This document shows, piece after piece, positions 53,909 through 63,636 of a stretch of DNA of 64,000 nt; the stretch's first letter is position 1, and each line of letters begins with the position of its first letter. Origin of the DNA: Eubacteriales bacterium (GTDB taxonomy: Bacteria > Bacillota > Clostridia > Oscillospirales > CAG-382). Under the pieces are notes generated by a model. It had not been told where the DNA came from and ran no database searches. It saw nothing but the letters and a program-made list of their open reading frames with translations. The translations under genes were made by a program, and so were the position numbers. The stretch spans positions 2,493 to 66,492 of the forward strand of contig JAZSQJ010000067.1 in the NCBI GenBank assembly GCA_045537905.1, read 5' to 3'.

Positions 53909-54403
53909 CTAACCGTTAAAACTTTCAGAAATAGCCGCATCCTTTTCAAGAACCTTCTTAGCGTCAGACGCACGCTTTGCGTTTAACTTATCAGCAAGGG
54001 CGCTATCCTCAACCGCTATAATCTGTGCGGCAAGCAGTGCGGCGTTTGCACCGCCGTTTATTGCTACTGTTGCTACGGGGATACCGCTGGGCATCTGTAC
54101 AGTAGAGAGCAATGCGTCCAGACCGTCAAGATTAGAAGACTTACAAGGTATACCTATAACAGGCAGGGTTGTATTAGCCGCAATTGCACCTGCAAGGTGT
54201 GCCGCCATACCTGCCGCAGCAATAATAACGCCAAAGCCCTTGTCGCGGGCGGTAAGGGCAAAATCCCTTGCCTGCTCCGGCGTTCTGTGGGCGGAATATA
54301 CGTGCACCTCGAAAGGAACACCTAAAGAGCTTAAGGTATCGGTAGCTTTTTGTATAATAGGAAGGTCGCTATCGCTCCCCATAACTATACCAACTTTTTT
54401 CAT
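53909..54403 (-). CDS. purE: N5-CAIR mutase (PurE, class I-like)
   Basis: GIVMGSDSDLP and AAGMAAHLAGAIAA. I chose the start at MKKVG (RBS AGGAGG). Confidence 0.93.
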   Translation of the reverse strand: MKKVGIVMGSDSDLPIIQKATDTLSSLGVPFEVHVYSAHRTPEQARDFALTARDKGFGVIIAAAGMAAHLAGAIAANTTLPVIGIPCKSSNLDGLDALLSTVQMPSGIPVATVAINGGANAALLAAQIIAVEDSALADKLNAKRASDAKKVLEKDAAISESFNG

Positions 54404-54421
54404 AAAGTAACCTCCTGAAAC

Positions 54422-54462
54422 AAAAACAAGGCACACTTAACTTGTAAAAAGTAAAGTGTGCC
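54422..54462 (-). terminator. Intrinsic terminator forming the expression platform of the ZTP riboswitch
   Basis: Minus-strand RNA: ggcacacuu, 15-nt loop, aagugugcc, then uuguuuuu. The 5' arm overlaps the CUGGGCA of the aptamer. Confidence 0.8.
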
Positions 54463-54545
54463 CAGACGGTCGGCTTTAACGCAAAAAACATACATTCTTT
54501 GTTCCCTTGTGGTAACCCACAATAATCCGTCAGTAGCAAAGAATG
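54459..54545 (-). promoter_or_regulatory. ZTP (pfl-motif) riboswitch aptamer
   Basis: Minus-strand RNA: P1 cauucuuug...caaagaaug; ACUGACGG; P2 UGUGGGUUACCACAAGGGA; linker; GCCGACCGUCUGGGCA. The pseudoknot is GACGG with CCGUC. This matches the conserved ZTP core. Confidence 0.85.
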
Positions 54546-54560
54546 GCAATCGGTGTCTTT

Positions 54561-54589
54561 ATTATAACACCCATGTTATTTGGTGTCAA
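54561..54589 (-). promoter_or_regulatory. Consensus sigma-A promoter of the pur operon
   Basis: On the minus strand: TTGACA (54589-54584), 17 nt spacer, TATAAT (54566-54561). Confidence 0.7.
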
Positions 54590-54627
54590 GGCACGCTTTG
54601 ATATTTTATGATATTTTTATTAAAATC

Positions 54628-55047
54628 TTATATCTTAGCTTCGGTTTCGCAATACAGGCAACGGTAAACAACGTCCTTACCCTTTGCAAGGGTAAACACG
54701 TGAGACAGCTCCTGCTCAACGGAAGTGATACAGCGGGGATTTTTACACTTTATAACACTAGTCAAAACCTTGGGTGTATCAATCGTACGCTTGCTTACCA
54801 ACTCACCGTTTTTGATAATATTCACGGTAGCGTTAGGGTCAACAAAGCCGATAACGTCAAAGTCCAGCGTGATGTCGGCATCAATTTTGATGATGTCCTT
54901 TTTACCCATTTTTTTGCTTGCAACGTTTTTAATTATCGCAACAGAGCAGTCAAAATTATCAAGATGCAAAAGGTCGTACAACCTCATACCCCTACCTGCG
55001 GTAATATGGTCAATTACAACACCGTTAGTGATGGAGTCGATATTCAT
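54628..55047 (-). CDS. pyrI: Aspartate carbamoyltransferase regulatory subunit
   Basis: C-terminal Zn domain CKNPRC...CLYC. 139 aa. Overlaps pyrB by 4 nt. Confidence 0.9.
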   Translation of the reverse strand: MNIDSITNGVVIDHITAGRGMRLYDLLHLDNFDCSVAIIKNVASKKMGKKDIIKIDADITLDFDVIGFVDPNATVNIIKNGELVSKRTIDTPKVLTSVIKCKNPRCITSVEQELSHVFTLAKGKDVVYRCLYCETEAKI

Positions 55048-55964
55048 TTCTTAGCCTCCTCCAACAATTTTAGTATCAAAGCCATACGCATATATTTGCC
55101 GTTAAGCACCTGCTTGAAATAACAGGCTCTGGGATCATCGTCAATAGCAACGCTTATCTCGTTTACACGAGGCAGTGGATGCATGATGCAAAGGTCTGAC
55201 TTGGCACCCTGAAGCTTTTTAGGCTCTAATATATAGCTATCCTTCAAACGGAGATAGTCCTCCTCGTTGAAGAAACGCTCTCTCTGCACACGGGTCATAT
55301 ACAGAATATCAAGCTGAGGCATCGCATCCTCAAGGCTGGTGGTTTCCTCATACTCAATGCCGTTTTTATCAAGAACGTCGTTTTTTACATAACCGGGAAG
55401 CGCCAGCTCCTCAGGAGAAATAAGCACAACCTTTATGCCTTTGTATCTGGACATAGCATTGATAAGAGAGTGTACGGTTCTGCCAAACTTAAGGTCGCCG
55501 CAAAAGCCTATGGTAAGGTTATCAAATCTACCCTTTTCCCGGTGTATAGTTAAAAGGTCTGCCAAGGTTTGGGTAGGATGGTTGTGACCGCCGTCACCTG
55601 CGTTGATAACGGGTATGCTGGCATTAATAGCCGCAACCAGCGGTGCGCCCTCCTTGGGATGACGCATTGCAACAATATCGGCATAACAACTAACGGTTTT
55701 TGCAGTATCCGCAACGCTCTCACCCTTAGCGGCAGAGGAATTGTCTGCAGAGGAAAAGCCTATCACGTTGCCGCCCAGCTCATACATTGCCGCCTCGAAG
55801 CTGAGCCTTGTTCTGGTAGAAGGCTCAAAGAACAAAGTGGCAAGCTTTTTACCCTTGCACTTTTCGGAATATGCAGAAGGATTTGCAATAATATCCTCTG
55901 CGGTGGCTATAAGCTCATCAAGCTCGTTGGTCGATAAATCCAGAATATCAATCAGGCTTCTCAT
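55044..55964 (-). CDS. pyrB: Aspartate carbamoyltransferase catalytic subunit
   Basis: [13 protein letters not shown] and HPLPR. Confidence 0.95.
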   Translation of the reverse strand: MRSLIDILDLSTNELDELIATAEDIIANPSAYSEKCKGKKLATLFFEPSTRTRLSFEAAMYELGGNVIGFSSADNSSAAKGESVADTAKTVSCYADIVAMRHPKEGAPLVAAINASIPVINAGDGGHNHPTQTLADLLTIHREKGRFDNLTIGFCGDLKFGRTVHSLINAMSRYKGIKVVLISPEELALPGYVKNDVLDKNGIEYEETTSLEDAMPQLDILYMTRVQRERFFNEEDYLRLKDSYILEPKKLQGAKSDLCIMHPLPRVNEISVAIDDDPRACYFKQVLNGKYMRMALILKLLEEAKK

Positions 55965-55966
55965 TA

Positions 55967-56605
55967 TTAAGCACCCGCATTAATCCAGCTCTCATCGGAG
56001 GGATTGTTTCTGAAAGCTATAAGCTTTTGAATTTCTTCGGGCTTAATATAACCTTCTTCAGCTGCAACCTCTGCGATAACGTCAAAGTTTGTGAGGGATA
56101 TATTCTTAACCTCAGCAGCCGCCAAACGCTCAAGACCCTTTTTCATACCGTAGGTGAAGATGCTGACAACGCCAAGCACCTCGGCACCGGCTTCTCGAAG
56201 CACGTTAACAACCTCGATAACGCTACCGCCTGTAGAGATAAGGTCTTCAACAACAACAACCTTCTGTCCCTTTTCAAGCTTGCCCTCTATCTGGTTCTGT
56301 CTACCGTGATCCTTTGCACCGGAACGAACGTAACCCATAGGCATATCAAGCAAATGAGCGGTTATAGCTGCATGAGCAATACCGGCAGTAGAAGTACCCA
56401 TAAGCACCTCTGCATCGGGATAGTTTTCTTTAATTAACGTAGCAAGTCCGTTTTCAACATCGTTGCGAACTGCTGTAGAAGTAAGAGTAAGTCTGTTATC
56501 ACAGTAAACGGGGCTTTTAATACCGCTTGCCCACGTAAAGGGTTCCTGAGGGCGGAAGAAAACAGCACCTATAGAAAGTAAATCTTTAGCAATCAGCTTT
56601 TGCAT
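55967..56605 (-). CDS. pyrE: Orotate phosphoribosyltransferase
   Basis: PRPP-binding motif [13 protein letters not shown]. 212 aa. Confidence 0.93.
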   Translation of the reverse strand: MQKLIAKDLLSIGAVFFRPQEPFTWASGIKSPVYCDNRLTLTSTAVRNDVENGLATLIKENYPDAEVLMGTSTAGIAHAAITAHLLDMPMGYVRSGAKDHGRQNQIEGKLEKGQKVVVVEDLISTGGSVIEVVNVLREAGAEVLGVVSIFTYGMKKGLERLAAAEVKNISLTNFDVIAEVAAEEGYIKPEEIQKLIAFRNNPSDESWINAGA

Positions 56606-56620
56606 AACCTTATATCTCCT

Positions 56621-57319
56621 TTAATCTACAAATTCTCTGACACAACGCTCGTAAGCGGCAACAGGATCCTCAGCCGCAGTAATGGGTCTGCCCACGACTA
56701 TATAATCAGAGCCGATTTCCTTAGCCTGTGCAGGAGTCATCACTCGCTTTTGGTCGCCCACTTCCCCATCGGCAAAGCGTACACCGGGGGTCACGGTTAT
56801 AAAATCGTTGCCGCAAAGCTCGTGGACCTTGCCAGCCTCCAAAGGAGAGCACACCACGCCGTCAAGCCCTGCAGACTTTGCGTTGCTTGCGTAATGCATA
56901 ACAACCTCGTCCATGGGGCGGTTGATAAGCAAATCCTTTTCAAGGCTTTCCTGATCAGTAGAAGTAAGCTGAGTAACAGCTATAAGCAAGGGTCTTGTGC
57001 CGTCGGGTCTGGTAAGACCCTCAATAGCCGCCTTCATCATATTGATCGTACCGGCAGCATGAAGGTTGCACAAATCCACATCAAGACCTGACAGAACCGC
57101 CATAGATTTTTTTACCGTATTGGGAATATCGTGAAGCTTAAGGTCGAGGAAAATCTTATGACCGCGTTTTTTAATCTCCTTAACTATCTGAGGGCCTGCT
57201 CCGTAAAAAAGCTCCATACCTATCTTTACAAAAGGCTTTTTACCCTCAAACTTATCTAAAAATTCAAGCACCTTTTCCTCATTGGGAAAATCACAAGCAA
57301 TAATTACATCCTTGCCCAT
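56621..57319 (-). CDS. pyrF: Orotidine 5'-phosphate decarboxylase
   Basis: [12 protein letters not shown] and IVVGRPIT. Confidence 0.93.
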   Translation of the reverse strand: MGKDVIIACDFPNEEKVLEFLDKFEGKKPFVKIGMELFYGAGPQIVKEIKKRGHKIFLDLKLHDIPNTVKKSMAVLSGLDVDLCNLHAAGTINMMKAAIEGLTRPDGTRPLLIAVTQLTSTDQESLEKDLLINRPMDEVVMHYASNAKSAGLDGVVCSPLEAGKVHELCGNDFITVTPGVRFADGEVGDQKRVMTPAQAKEIGSDYIVVGRPITAAEDPVAAYERCVREFVD

Positions 57320-58230
57320 TACAAGGCACCTCCTATTATATCCTTCAAATTATCAATTTTGTATTTTTTCATCACCGACGGAAGCTCGTCTATAATCTTC
57401 TTGCAAGCATAAGGGTCCACAAGATTTGCGGCCCCCACCTCAACGGCGGTAGCACCTGCAAGCATCATCTCTATAACGTCCTCGGCACTGCTTACACCGC
57501 CCATACCAACAACGGGTATAGATACAGCCTTTGCAACCTGATATACCATACGAAGGGCAACGGGGAATATGGCATTACCCGAAAAGCCACCCATTTTATT
57601 AGCTATAACAGGCTTTTTAGTGCGTAGGTCTATACGCATACCAAGCAAGGTATTTATAAGGCTTATACCGTCTGCACCTGCTGCCTCACAAGCCTTTGCT
57701 ATTGAAACTATGTCGGTTACATTGGGAGACAGCTTAATAATTACAGGCTTGGTTGTAACAGCCTTAACTGCCCTTGTTACCGCTGCAGCCGCATCGGGAC
57801 TGGTGCCAAAGCTCATACCCCCGCCGTGAACGTTGGGACAGCTTACGTTAACCTCCAGCCAGCCAACCTGCTCACAGGCGTCAAGCTTTTCACAGGTATA
57901 GGCATAATCCTCAATAGAAAAACCGCTGACGTTTGCCATAACCTTTTTATTAAAGCATTTTGCAAGCCTTGGCAGCTCCTCACCTATAACCTTTTCAACA
58001 CCCGGATTCTGCAAGCCTACGGCGTTTATCATACCCGCAGTGCATTCTGCAATTCTGGGTGTAGGGTTGCCAAAACGAGGCTCCTTGGTAGTACCCTTGA
58101 AGGAAAAGCTACCCAAAACGTTTATATCGTAAAGCTCTGCAAACTCATAACCGTAACCGAAGGTACCGCTTGCGGGAATAACGGGGTTATCAAGCTGGAT
58201 ACCGCACAGGGTTACACTTAGCTTTCCCAC
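57319..58230 (-). CDS. pyrD: Dihydroorotate dehydrogenase, class 1B catalytic subunit
   Basis: [17 protein letters not shown] and GGVSSAEDV. Confidence 0.93.
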   Translation of the reverse strand: MGKLSVTLCGIQLDNPVIPASGTFGYGYEFAELYDINVLGSFSFKGTTKEPRFGNPTPRIAECTAGMINAVGLQNPGVEKVIGEELPRLAKCFNKKVMANVSGFSIEDYAYTCEKLDACEQVGWLEVNVSCPNVHGGGMSFGTSPDAAAAVTRAVKAVTTKPVIIKLSPNVTDIVSIAKACEAAGADGISLINTLLGMRIDLRTKKPVIANKMGGFSGNAIFPVALRMVYQVAKAVSIPVVGMGGVSSAEDVIEMMLAGATAVEVGAANLVDPYACKKIIDELPSVMKKYKIDNLKDIIGGAL

Positions 58231-58955
58231 AGTATCTCCTCCTTCTTAAGAACAGGTCCTTCCTTGCAAATACGCTTGTAACCTGTTATCGTCTTGCAGG
58301 AGCAGCCCATACAAGCACCAAAGCCGCACCCCATTCTTTCCTCAAAGCTGAACTGACCGCTGCTCTGCGTTGCACCGAATACGGCTTTTAACATAGGCTC
58401 GGGACCGCAGGTGTAAAAATAGCTATATTCCACACCCTCAAGGGCGGTGGTTACAAAGCCCTTTATGCCATAGCTGCCGTCAACGGTGGTTACCAAAACT
58501 TTGGCGCCTAAGTCAGCAAATTCTTTTTCGTAAAAAACCTCTTCCGCCTTGTTAAAGCCAAGTATAACGGTAGGCTTCTTCCCTTCTGCAATCAACTGCT
58601 TTGCAAGCATATACAGAGGAGGCACGCCAACACCGCCGCCAAGAAGAACGGGAGCGTCACCGGAAAGGCCGGTGTCGTAGCCGTTACCAAGACCTGTAAG
58701 AACATCCAAGGTACCGCCTTGCATAGCACTCATTTGTTCGGTACCCTTACCAACCACCTTATAAATAATGGTAACCGTATCCTCCGTTACATCGCAAACG
58801 GATATAGGACGCCTTAAAAACAAACCGTCAAGCTTAACGTTGATAAACTGCCCCGGAACTGTTATATCAGACACATCGCCCCCTAAAACCATTTTATAGA
58901 CGTTGTCGGTAAGCTTTACATTTGAAATTACCGAAAAAAGACCTTGTTTCATCAT
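58218..58955 (-). CDS. pyrK: Dihydroorotate dehydrogenase electron-transfer subunit
   Basis: FAD/NAD-binding fold (RRPISV) and a C-terminal CGFGACMGCSC 2Fe-2S motif. Confidence 0.9.
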   Translation of the reverse strand: MMKQGLFSVISNVKLTDNVYKMVLGGDVSDITVPGQFINVKLDGLFLRRPISVCDVTEDTVTIIYKVVGKGTEQMSAMQGGTLDVLTGLGNGYDTGLSGDAPVLLGGGVGVPPLYMLAKQLIAEGKKPTVILGFNKAEEVFYEKEFADLGAKVLVTTVDGSYGIKGFVTTALEGVEYSYFYTCGPEPMLKAVFGATQSSGQFSFEERMGCGFGACMGCSCKTITGYKRICKEGPVLKKEEILWES

Positions 58956-58963
58956 TTTACTCC

Positions 58964-61900
58964 TTAAGCGTCTATGGTAGAGATGGTGATGGTTGTTTCC
59001 TCAAGGACGTCAAGCAAAACCCTTACGGTGTCAAGGGCGGTAAATATAGTTACGTTATTTTCCGTAGCACACTGACGAATCTTGGTGCCGTCGTTGGTCT
59101 CCTCGACCTTATCTATATCCCTGGTGCTTATAACGTAAGCGATGTGACCTTGACGGATAGCATCAAGTATTTCCTCACTGCCGTCGCTGATTTTCTTAAG
59201 AGCATGGGTTCTTATACCGTTTTGCTTAAGATAGTTAGCTGTACCTGTTGTCGCCTCAATATTGAAACCAAGATTATAGAAGCGGCGAATCAAAGGCAAA
59301 GCCTCTGCCTTATCAGAGTCGCCAATGGTAGCAAACACTGTGCCGTAATTCTGCAGATGCATACCCGATGCCTGCAGTGCTTTGAACAACGCACGATTAA
59401 GCTTATCGTCGTAGCCGATAGCCTCGCCGGTAGACTTCATCTCTGGAGAGAGGTATGCGTCCAAACCGCGAATCTTGTTAAAGGAGAATACGGGTACCTT
59501 TACATACCAACGGTTCTTTTCCGTAGGATAGATATCAAATATGCCCTGCTCCTTAAGGCTCTTGCCCATAATAACCTCGGTAGCTATGTCAGCAAGGCTG
59601 TAGCCCGTTGCCTTGGAGAGGAAAGGAACTGTTCTGGAAGAACGGGGGTTTACTTCAATAATAAATACGTTGTCCTGCTTGTCAACGATGAACTGAATGT
59701 TATACAAACCAATAATGCCCAGTCCCAAACCAAGCTTTTTAGCGTACTGAAGGATAATACCCTTAACCCTGTCAGAGATGCTGAAGCTGGGATATACGCT
59801 GATGGAGTCACCGCTGTGAACGCCTGTACGCTCAACAAGCTCCATTATACCGGGAACAAATACGTCCCTACCGTCACAAATAGCGTCAACCTCTACCTCT
59901 TTGCCCTGAATATACTTATCAACAAGTACAGGCTTATCCTCGTCTATTTCAACTGCCGTTTTAAGATACTGACGAAGCTGCTCCTCGGTAGCAACTATCT
60001 GCATTGCTCTGCCGCCCAGAACAAAACTGGGACGAACAAGCACGGGATAACCGATGCTTGCGGCAGCTTCAACGCCTGCCTCTATGCTGGTAACAGCCTT
60101 ACCCTGAGGCTGAGGGATATTAAGCTCCTCAAGTATCTTTTCAAAGCTGTCACGGTTTTCTGCACGGTCGATCGCCGCACAGTCGGTACCAATAATTTCA
60201 ACACCCCGTTCCATAAGAGGAGCGGCAAGGTTGATAGCGGTCTGACCGCCAAGAGACGCAATAACACCCTCAGGCTTTTCAAACTCAATAATGTTCATAA
60301 CATCCTCGGGGGTCAAAGGCTCAAAATACAGCTTGTCCGCTGTGGTATAGTCAGTAGAAACGGTTTCGGGGTTGTTGTTTATAATAATAGCCTCGTAACC
60401 GGAGTTTTTAATGGTAGTAACAGCGTGAACCGTGGAATAGTCAAATTCAACACCCTGGCCTATACGAATGGGACCTGCACCCAAAACAACAATCTTTTTC
60501 TTATTTGTAAGGACAGAAGCATTTTCACCTGTGTAAGAAGAGTAGAAATAAGGAATATATGCGTTTGTATGACAGGTGTCAACCATACGGAACACAGGGA
60601 ACATATTATTTGCTTTTCTGAGGTTAAATACATCAAGCTCGGTCTGAGACCAGAGGCGTGCAATAAACTTATCGGAAAAGCCCATCTTTTTTGCAGAAAG
60701 TAACACGTCAAGCTTGCCGACGTTAGTCTTGATTTCCTTCTCCTTATCGATAATGTTCTTGATAGACTGAAGGAAGAGAGGGGTAATTTTTGTTACGTCG
60801 TGAAGCTTTTCAAGACTGACTCCTCTGCGGATAAGCTCAGATACTGCAAATATCGTATCGTCCTTAAACTCGTTAAGATACCCAAACAATTCCTCATCTG
60901 TCATACCGTCAAACTTAGGGAGATGGAAGTGGAAGGCACCCGTCTCCAAGGAACGGACAGACTTAAGCATACATTCCTCTAAGGTGGAGCCAATACCCAT
61001 AACCTCACCCGTAGCCTTCATCTGCGTACCCAAGGTGTTGGGAGCAGAAGCAAACTTATCAAAGGGGAAACGGGGGAACTTGGCAACAACGTAGTCAAGT
61101 CTGGGCTCAAATGCTGCGGTGGTGTTTGCAATAGTGATTTCCTCAAGAGCCATACCAACTGCAATCTTAGCGGTAACACGGGCAATAGGATAACCGCTTG
61201 CCTTGGATGCAAGAGCGGAAGAACGGGAAACACGGGGGTTTACCTCGATAAGGAAGTACTCACTGGAATAAGGGTTAAGTGCAAACTGTACGTTACAGCC
61301 ACCCTCGATTTTAAGCTCCTTTATAATCTTGATAGCGCTGTCGTTGAGCATCTTAAGGTCGTGATCGTTCAAGGAAAGGATAGGCGCAACAACAATAGAG
61401 TCGCCGGTGTGAACGCCAACAGGGTCAACGTTCTCCATGCCACAGATGGTAATTGCGTGATCATTGGAGTCACGCATTACCTCAAACTCTACTTCCTTAT
61501 ACCCCTTAACGCTCTTTTCAATAAGTACCTGATGAACAGGAGAAAGCTTGAAAGCGTTAAGACCGATCTCGGTAAGCTCTTCTTCGTTGTTTGCAAAGCC
61601 GCCGCCTGTACCGCCCAAGGTAAAGGCAGGACGAAGTACAACGGGATAGCCAATTCTGCTTGCCGCTTCCTTGGCCTCTTCTATGCTATAGGTAATTTCA
61701 GAAGGAATAGTAGGCTCACCAATAGACTCACAAAGCTCCTTAAACAGCTCTCTGTCCTCAGCACGCTCGATGCTGCGGCTGCTGGTGCCCAAAAGCTCAA
61801 CACCGCATTCCTTTAATACACCCTTCTTTTCAAGCTGCATAGCAAGGTTAAGACCGGTCTGCCCGCCGATGCCGGGAACGATGGCGTCAGGTCTTTCGTA

Positions 61901-62137
61901 GCGAAGAATCTTTGCCACGTACTCAAGAGTAAGGGGTTCCATATAAACCTTGTCTGCAATAGTGGTATCCGTCATAATAGTAGCGGGGTTAGAGTTTACA
62001 AGCACAACCTCGTAGCCCTCTTCCTTCAAGGCAAGACAAGCCTGGGTGCCTGCATAGTCAAACTCAGCCGCCTGACCGATAATAATCGGGCCGGAGCCGA
62101 TTATCATAATTTTCTTTATGTCTGTTCTTTTAGCCAT
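58964..62137 (-). CDS. carB: Carbamoyl-phosphate synthase large subunit
   Basis: 1057 aa with duplicated ATP-grasp halves (IMIIGSGPIIIGQAAEFDY and VVLGAGPIRIGQGVEFDY) and an MGS-like C-terminus. Confidence 0.95.
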   Translation of the reverse strand: MAKRTDIKKIMIIGSGPIIIGQAAEFDYAGTQACLALKEEGYEVVLVNSNPATIMTDTTIADKVYMEPLTLEYVAKILRYERPDAIVPGIGGQTGLNLAMQLEKKGVLKECGVELLGTSSRSIERAEDRELFKELCESIGEPTIPSEITYSIEEAKEAASRIGYPVVLRPAFTLGGTGGGFANNEEELTEIGLNAFKLSPVHQVLIEKSVKGYKEVEFEVMRDSNDHAITICGMENVDPVGVHTGDSIVVAPILSLNDHDLKMLNDSAIKIIKELKIEGGCNVQFALNPYSSEYFLIEVNPRVSRSSALASKASGYPIARVTAKIAVGMALEEITIANTTAAFEPRLDYVVAKFPRFPFDKFASAPNTLGTQMKATGEVMGIGSTLEECMLKSVRSLETGAFHFHLPKFDGMTDEELFGYLNEFKDDTIFAVSELIRRGVSLEKLHDVTKITPLFLQSIKNIIDKEKEIKTNVGKLDVLLSAKKMGFSDKFIARLWSQTELDVFNLRKANNMFPVFRMVDTCHTNAYIPYFYSSYTGENASVLTNKKKIVVLGAGPIRIGQGVEFDYSTVHAVTTIKNSGYEAIIINNNPETVSTDYTTADKLYFEPLTPEDVMNIIEFEKPEGVIASLGGQTAINLAAPLMERGVEIIGTDCAAIDRAENRDSFEKILEELNIPQPQGKAVTSIEAGVEAAASIGYPVLVRPSFVLGGRAMQIVATEEQLRQYLKTAVEIDEDKPVLVDKYIQGKEVEVDAICDGRDVFVPGIMELVERTGVHSGDSISVYPSFSISDRVKGIILQYAKKLGLGLGIIGLYNIQFIVDKQDNVFIIEVNPRSSRTVPFLSKATGYSLADIATEVIMGKSLKEQGIFDIYPTEKNRWYVKVPVFSFNKIRGLDAYLSPEMKSTGEAIGYDDKLNRALFKALQASGMHLQNYGTVFATIGDSDKAEALPLIRRFYNLGFNIEATTGTANYLKQNGIRTHALKKISDGSEEILDAIRQGHIAYVISTRDIDKVEETNDGTKIRQCATENNVTIFTALDTVRVLLDVLEETTITISTIDA

Positions 62138-62168
62138 AAAACAGAGCCTCCTTTATATTAAACCAATA

Positions 62169-63383
62169 TTATGCTTTTTTATAAACGACCTTGCCGTCTG
62201 CAACGGTAAGCAAGCACTCACCGTATAGCTCTTTTCCTGCAAAGGGTGTTGCCCTGCCCTTGGAAAGAAAATCCTCGGGGTCAACAACGTAGCTTTTATC
62301 AAGGTCCCATATACTGAAATCCATACCCATCGGTATAGAGAAACGCTTTCGGGGATTATAAACCATAAGCTCGATCAGCTTATCCATACTTATTATGCCT
62401 GGTTTTACAAAGTGGGTATACATAACGGAAAAAGCAGTTTCCAACCCCACAACACCAAAGGAGCTGCCCTCAAGCCCCTTTGCCTTTTCTTCGGCCGAAT
62501 GAGGAGCGTGGTCTGTAGCTATCATATCGATCGTTCCGTCCAGCAGACCTGCAACAAGGGCGTCCCTATCCTCTTTACTGCGTATAGGAGGATTCATCTT
62601 AAACCTGCCGTCCTCCTGAAGCTCCCTATCATCCATCACCAGATAGTGAGGTGCGGTCTCGCAAGTGATATTTATACCTCTGGACTTAGCCTCACGGATA
62701 AGCTCAACGCTTTCCTTTGTGGAAATGTGGTCGACGTGATACGCACAGCCTGTTTTTTCTACAAGCTCAATATCACGCTTTATAGGCGCCCACTCACTCT
62801 CACTGCAGATGCCGCGGTGCCCGTGTTGCTTGGCATAGTCACCGTCGTGGATGTACCCGCCCCTTAGCAAAGAGTTCTCTTCACAGTGGGCAGAAATAAC
62901 CTTATCAAGAGAAGCGGCAAGCTCCATAGCGGCGGTCATCATTTCCTCATCCTGCACGCCTCTGCCATCGTCGGAAAAACCAATAACACGATCAGCGATA
63001 TTTTTCATATCGGCTAAAGAACGACCCGCCTCGTCGACGGTTATAGTCCCAAAAGGATAAACGTTTATCACCGCACCGTCCTTGATAAGCTGTTCCTGAA
63101 TAGCCAGATTTTCAGAATTATGAGGAGTAGGCTTAAGGTTGGGCATAGTGCAAACCGCCGTGTAGCCACCGTGGGCTGCCGCCATAGAACCGCTTTTAAT
63201 AGTTTCTTTATAAGAAAAACCCGGCTCACGAAAATGCACATGCACATCGCAAAAACCGGGAAATATAGAATAACGAGGAGACAAATAGCCGCTAAGCTCA
63301 CTATTTTTGGAAATAAAGCCCCTTACTGAAGATACAAATTCCTCAGCAGAAAGTGAAAGTGTAGATTGTGAATGTTTAAGCAT
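62169..63383 (-). CDS. pyrC: Dihydroorotase
   Basis: CDVHVHFREPG, FSDDG and ATDHAPH. I chose the start at ATG 63383, because the 30-codon extension in the ORF track runs through a leader terminator. Confidence 0.88.
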   Translation of the reverse strand: MLKHSQSTLSLSAEEFVSSVRGFISKNSELSGYLSPRYSIFPGFCDVHVHFREPGFSYKETIKSGSMAAAHGGYTAVCTMPNLKPTPHNSENLAIQEQLIKDGAVINVYPFGTITVDEAGRSLADMKNIADRVIGFSDDGRGVQDEEMMTAAMELAASLDKVISAHCEENSLLRGGYIHDGDYAKQHGHRGICSESEWAPIKRDIELVEKTGCAYHVDHISTKESVELIREAKSRGINITCETAPHYLVMDDRELQEDGRFKMNPPIRSKEDRDALVAGLLDGTIDMIATDHAPHSAEEKAKGLEGSSFGVVGLETAFSVMYTHFVKPGIISMDKLIELMVYNPRKRFSIPMGMDFSIWDLDKSYVVDPEDFLSKGRATPFAGKELYGECLLTVADGKVVYKKA

Positions 63384-63409
63384 ATCAAAACACCATCCCT
63401 TCGTCAAGC

Positions 63410-63440
63410 AAAAAGAAAAGCCTTGCAAATCTTGCAAGGC
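63410..63440 (-). terminator. Intrinsic terminator in the pyr operon leader (attenuator)
   Basis: Minus-strand RNA: gccuugcaa, loop gau, uugcaaggc, followed by uuuucuuuuu. It lies 27 nt upstream of the pyrC ATG and about 100 nt downstream of the promoter. Confidence 0.75.
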
Positions 63441-63544
63441 GATTAAGCAAAATAACACAGAAATACCAACCACTAAATACAGGGGTATGTTAATGCTGAA
63501 TTACAATCTTGCCGATATCTCGTACCGCCTTAAAGATTAATGAA

Positions 63545-63573
63545 ATTATAGCACTAAACGACGCCTTTGTCAA
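63545..63573 (-). promoter_or_regulatory. Consensus sigma-A promoter of the pyr operon
   Basis: On the minus strand: TTGACA (63573-63568), 17 nt spacer, TATAAT (63550-63545). Confidence 0.7.
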
Positions 63574-63636
63574 TGGCACTTTTCCCTTTTTTTAGACATT
63601 TGAAAGCAGTTTTTCTATGCAATTTGTAAAAGCGTA

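Noticed and set aside
54404-54600. A guanine/adenine (purine) riboswitch upstream of purE.
   Set aside because: The leader lacks the purine-aptamer three-way-junction signature (…UAUA…GGAUAUGG…CUACC…). It matches the ZTP/pfl core instead.
58922-60703. A 593-aa plus-strand ORF antisense to carB/pyrK.
   Set aside because: It is a shadow ORF opposite a complete 1057-aa CarB, with no translation signals.
63307-63540. A 77-aa plus-strand ORF spanning the pyrC start and the pyr leader.
   Set aside because: It is antisense to the pyr leader and terminator, has no RBS, and overlaps a well-supported gene start.
63441-63545. A PyrR binding loop in the pyr leader.
   Set aside because: No CCAGAGAGG-like sequence, or a hairpin presenting one, could be found on the minus strand.
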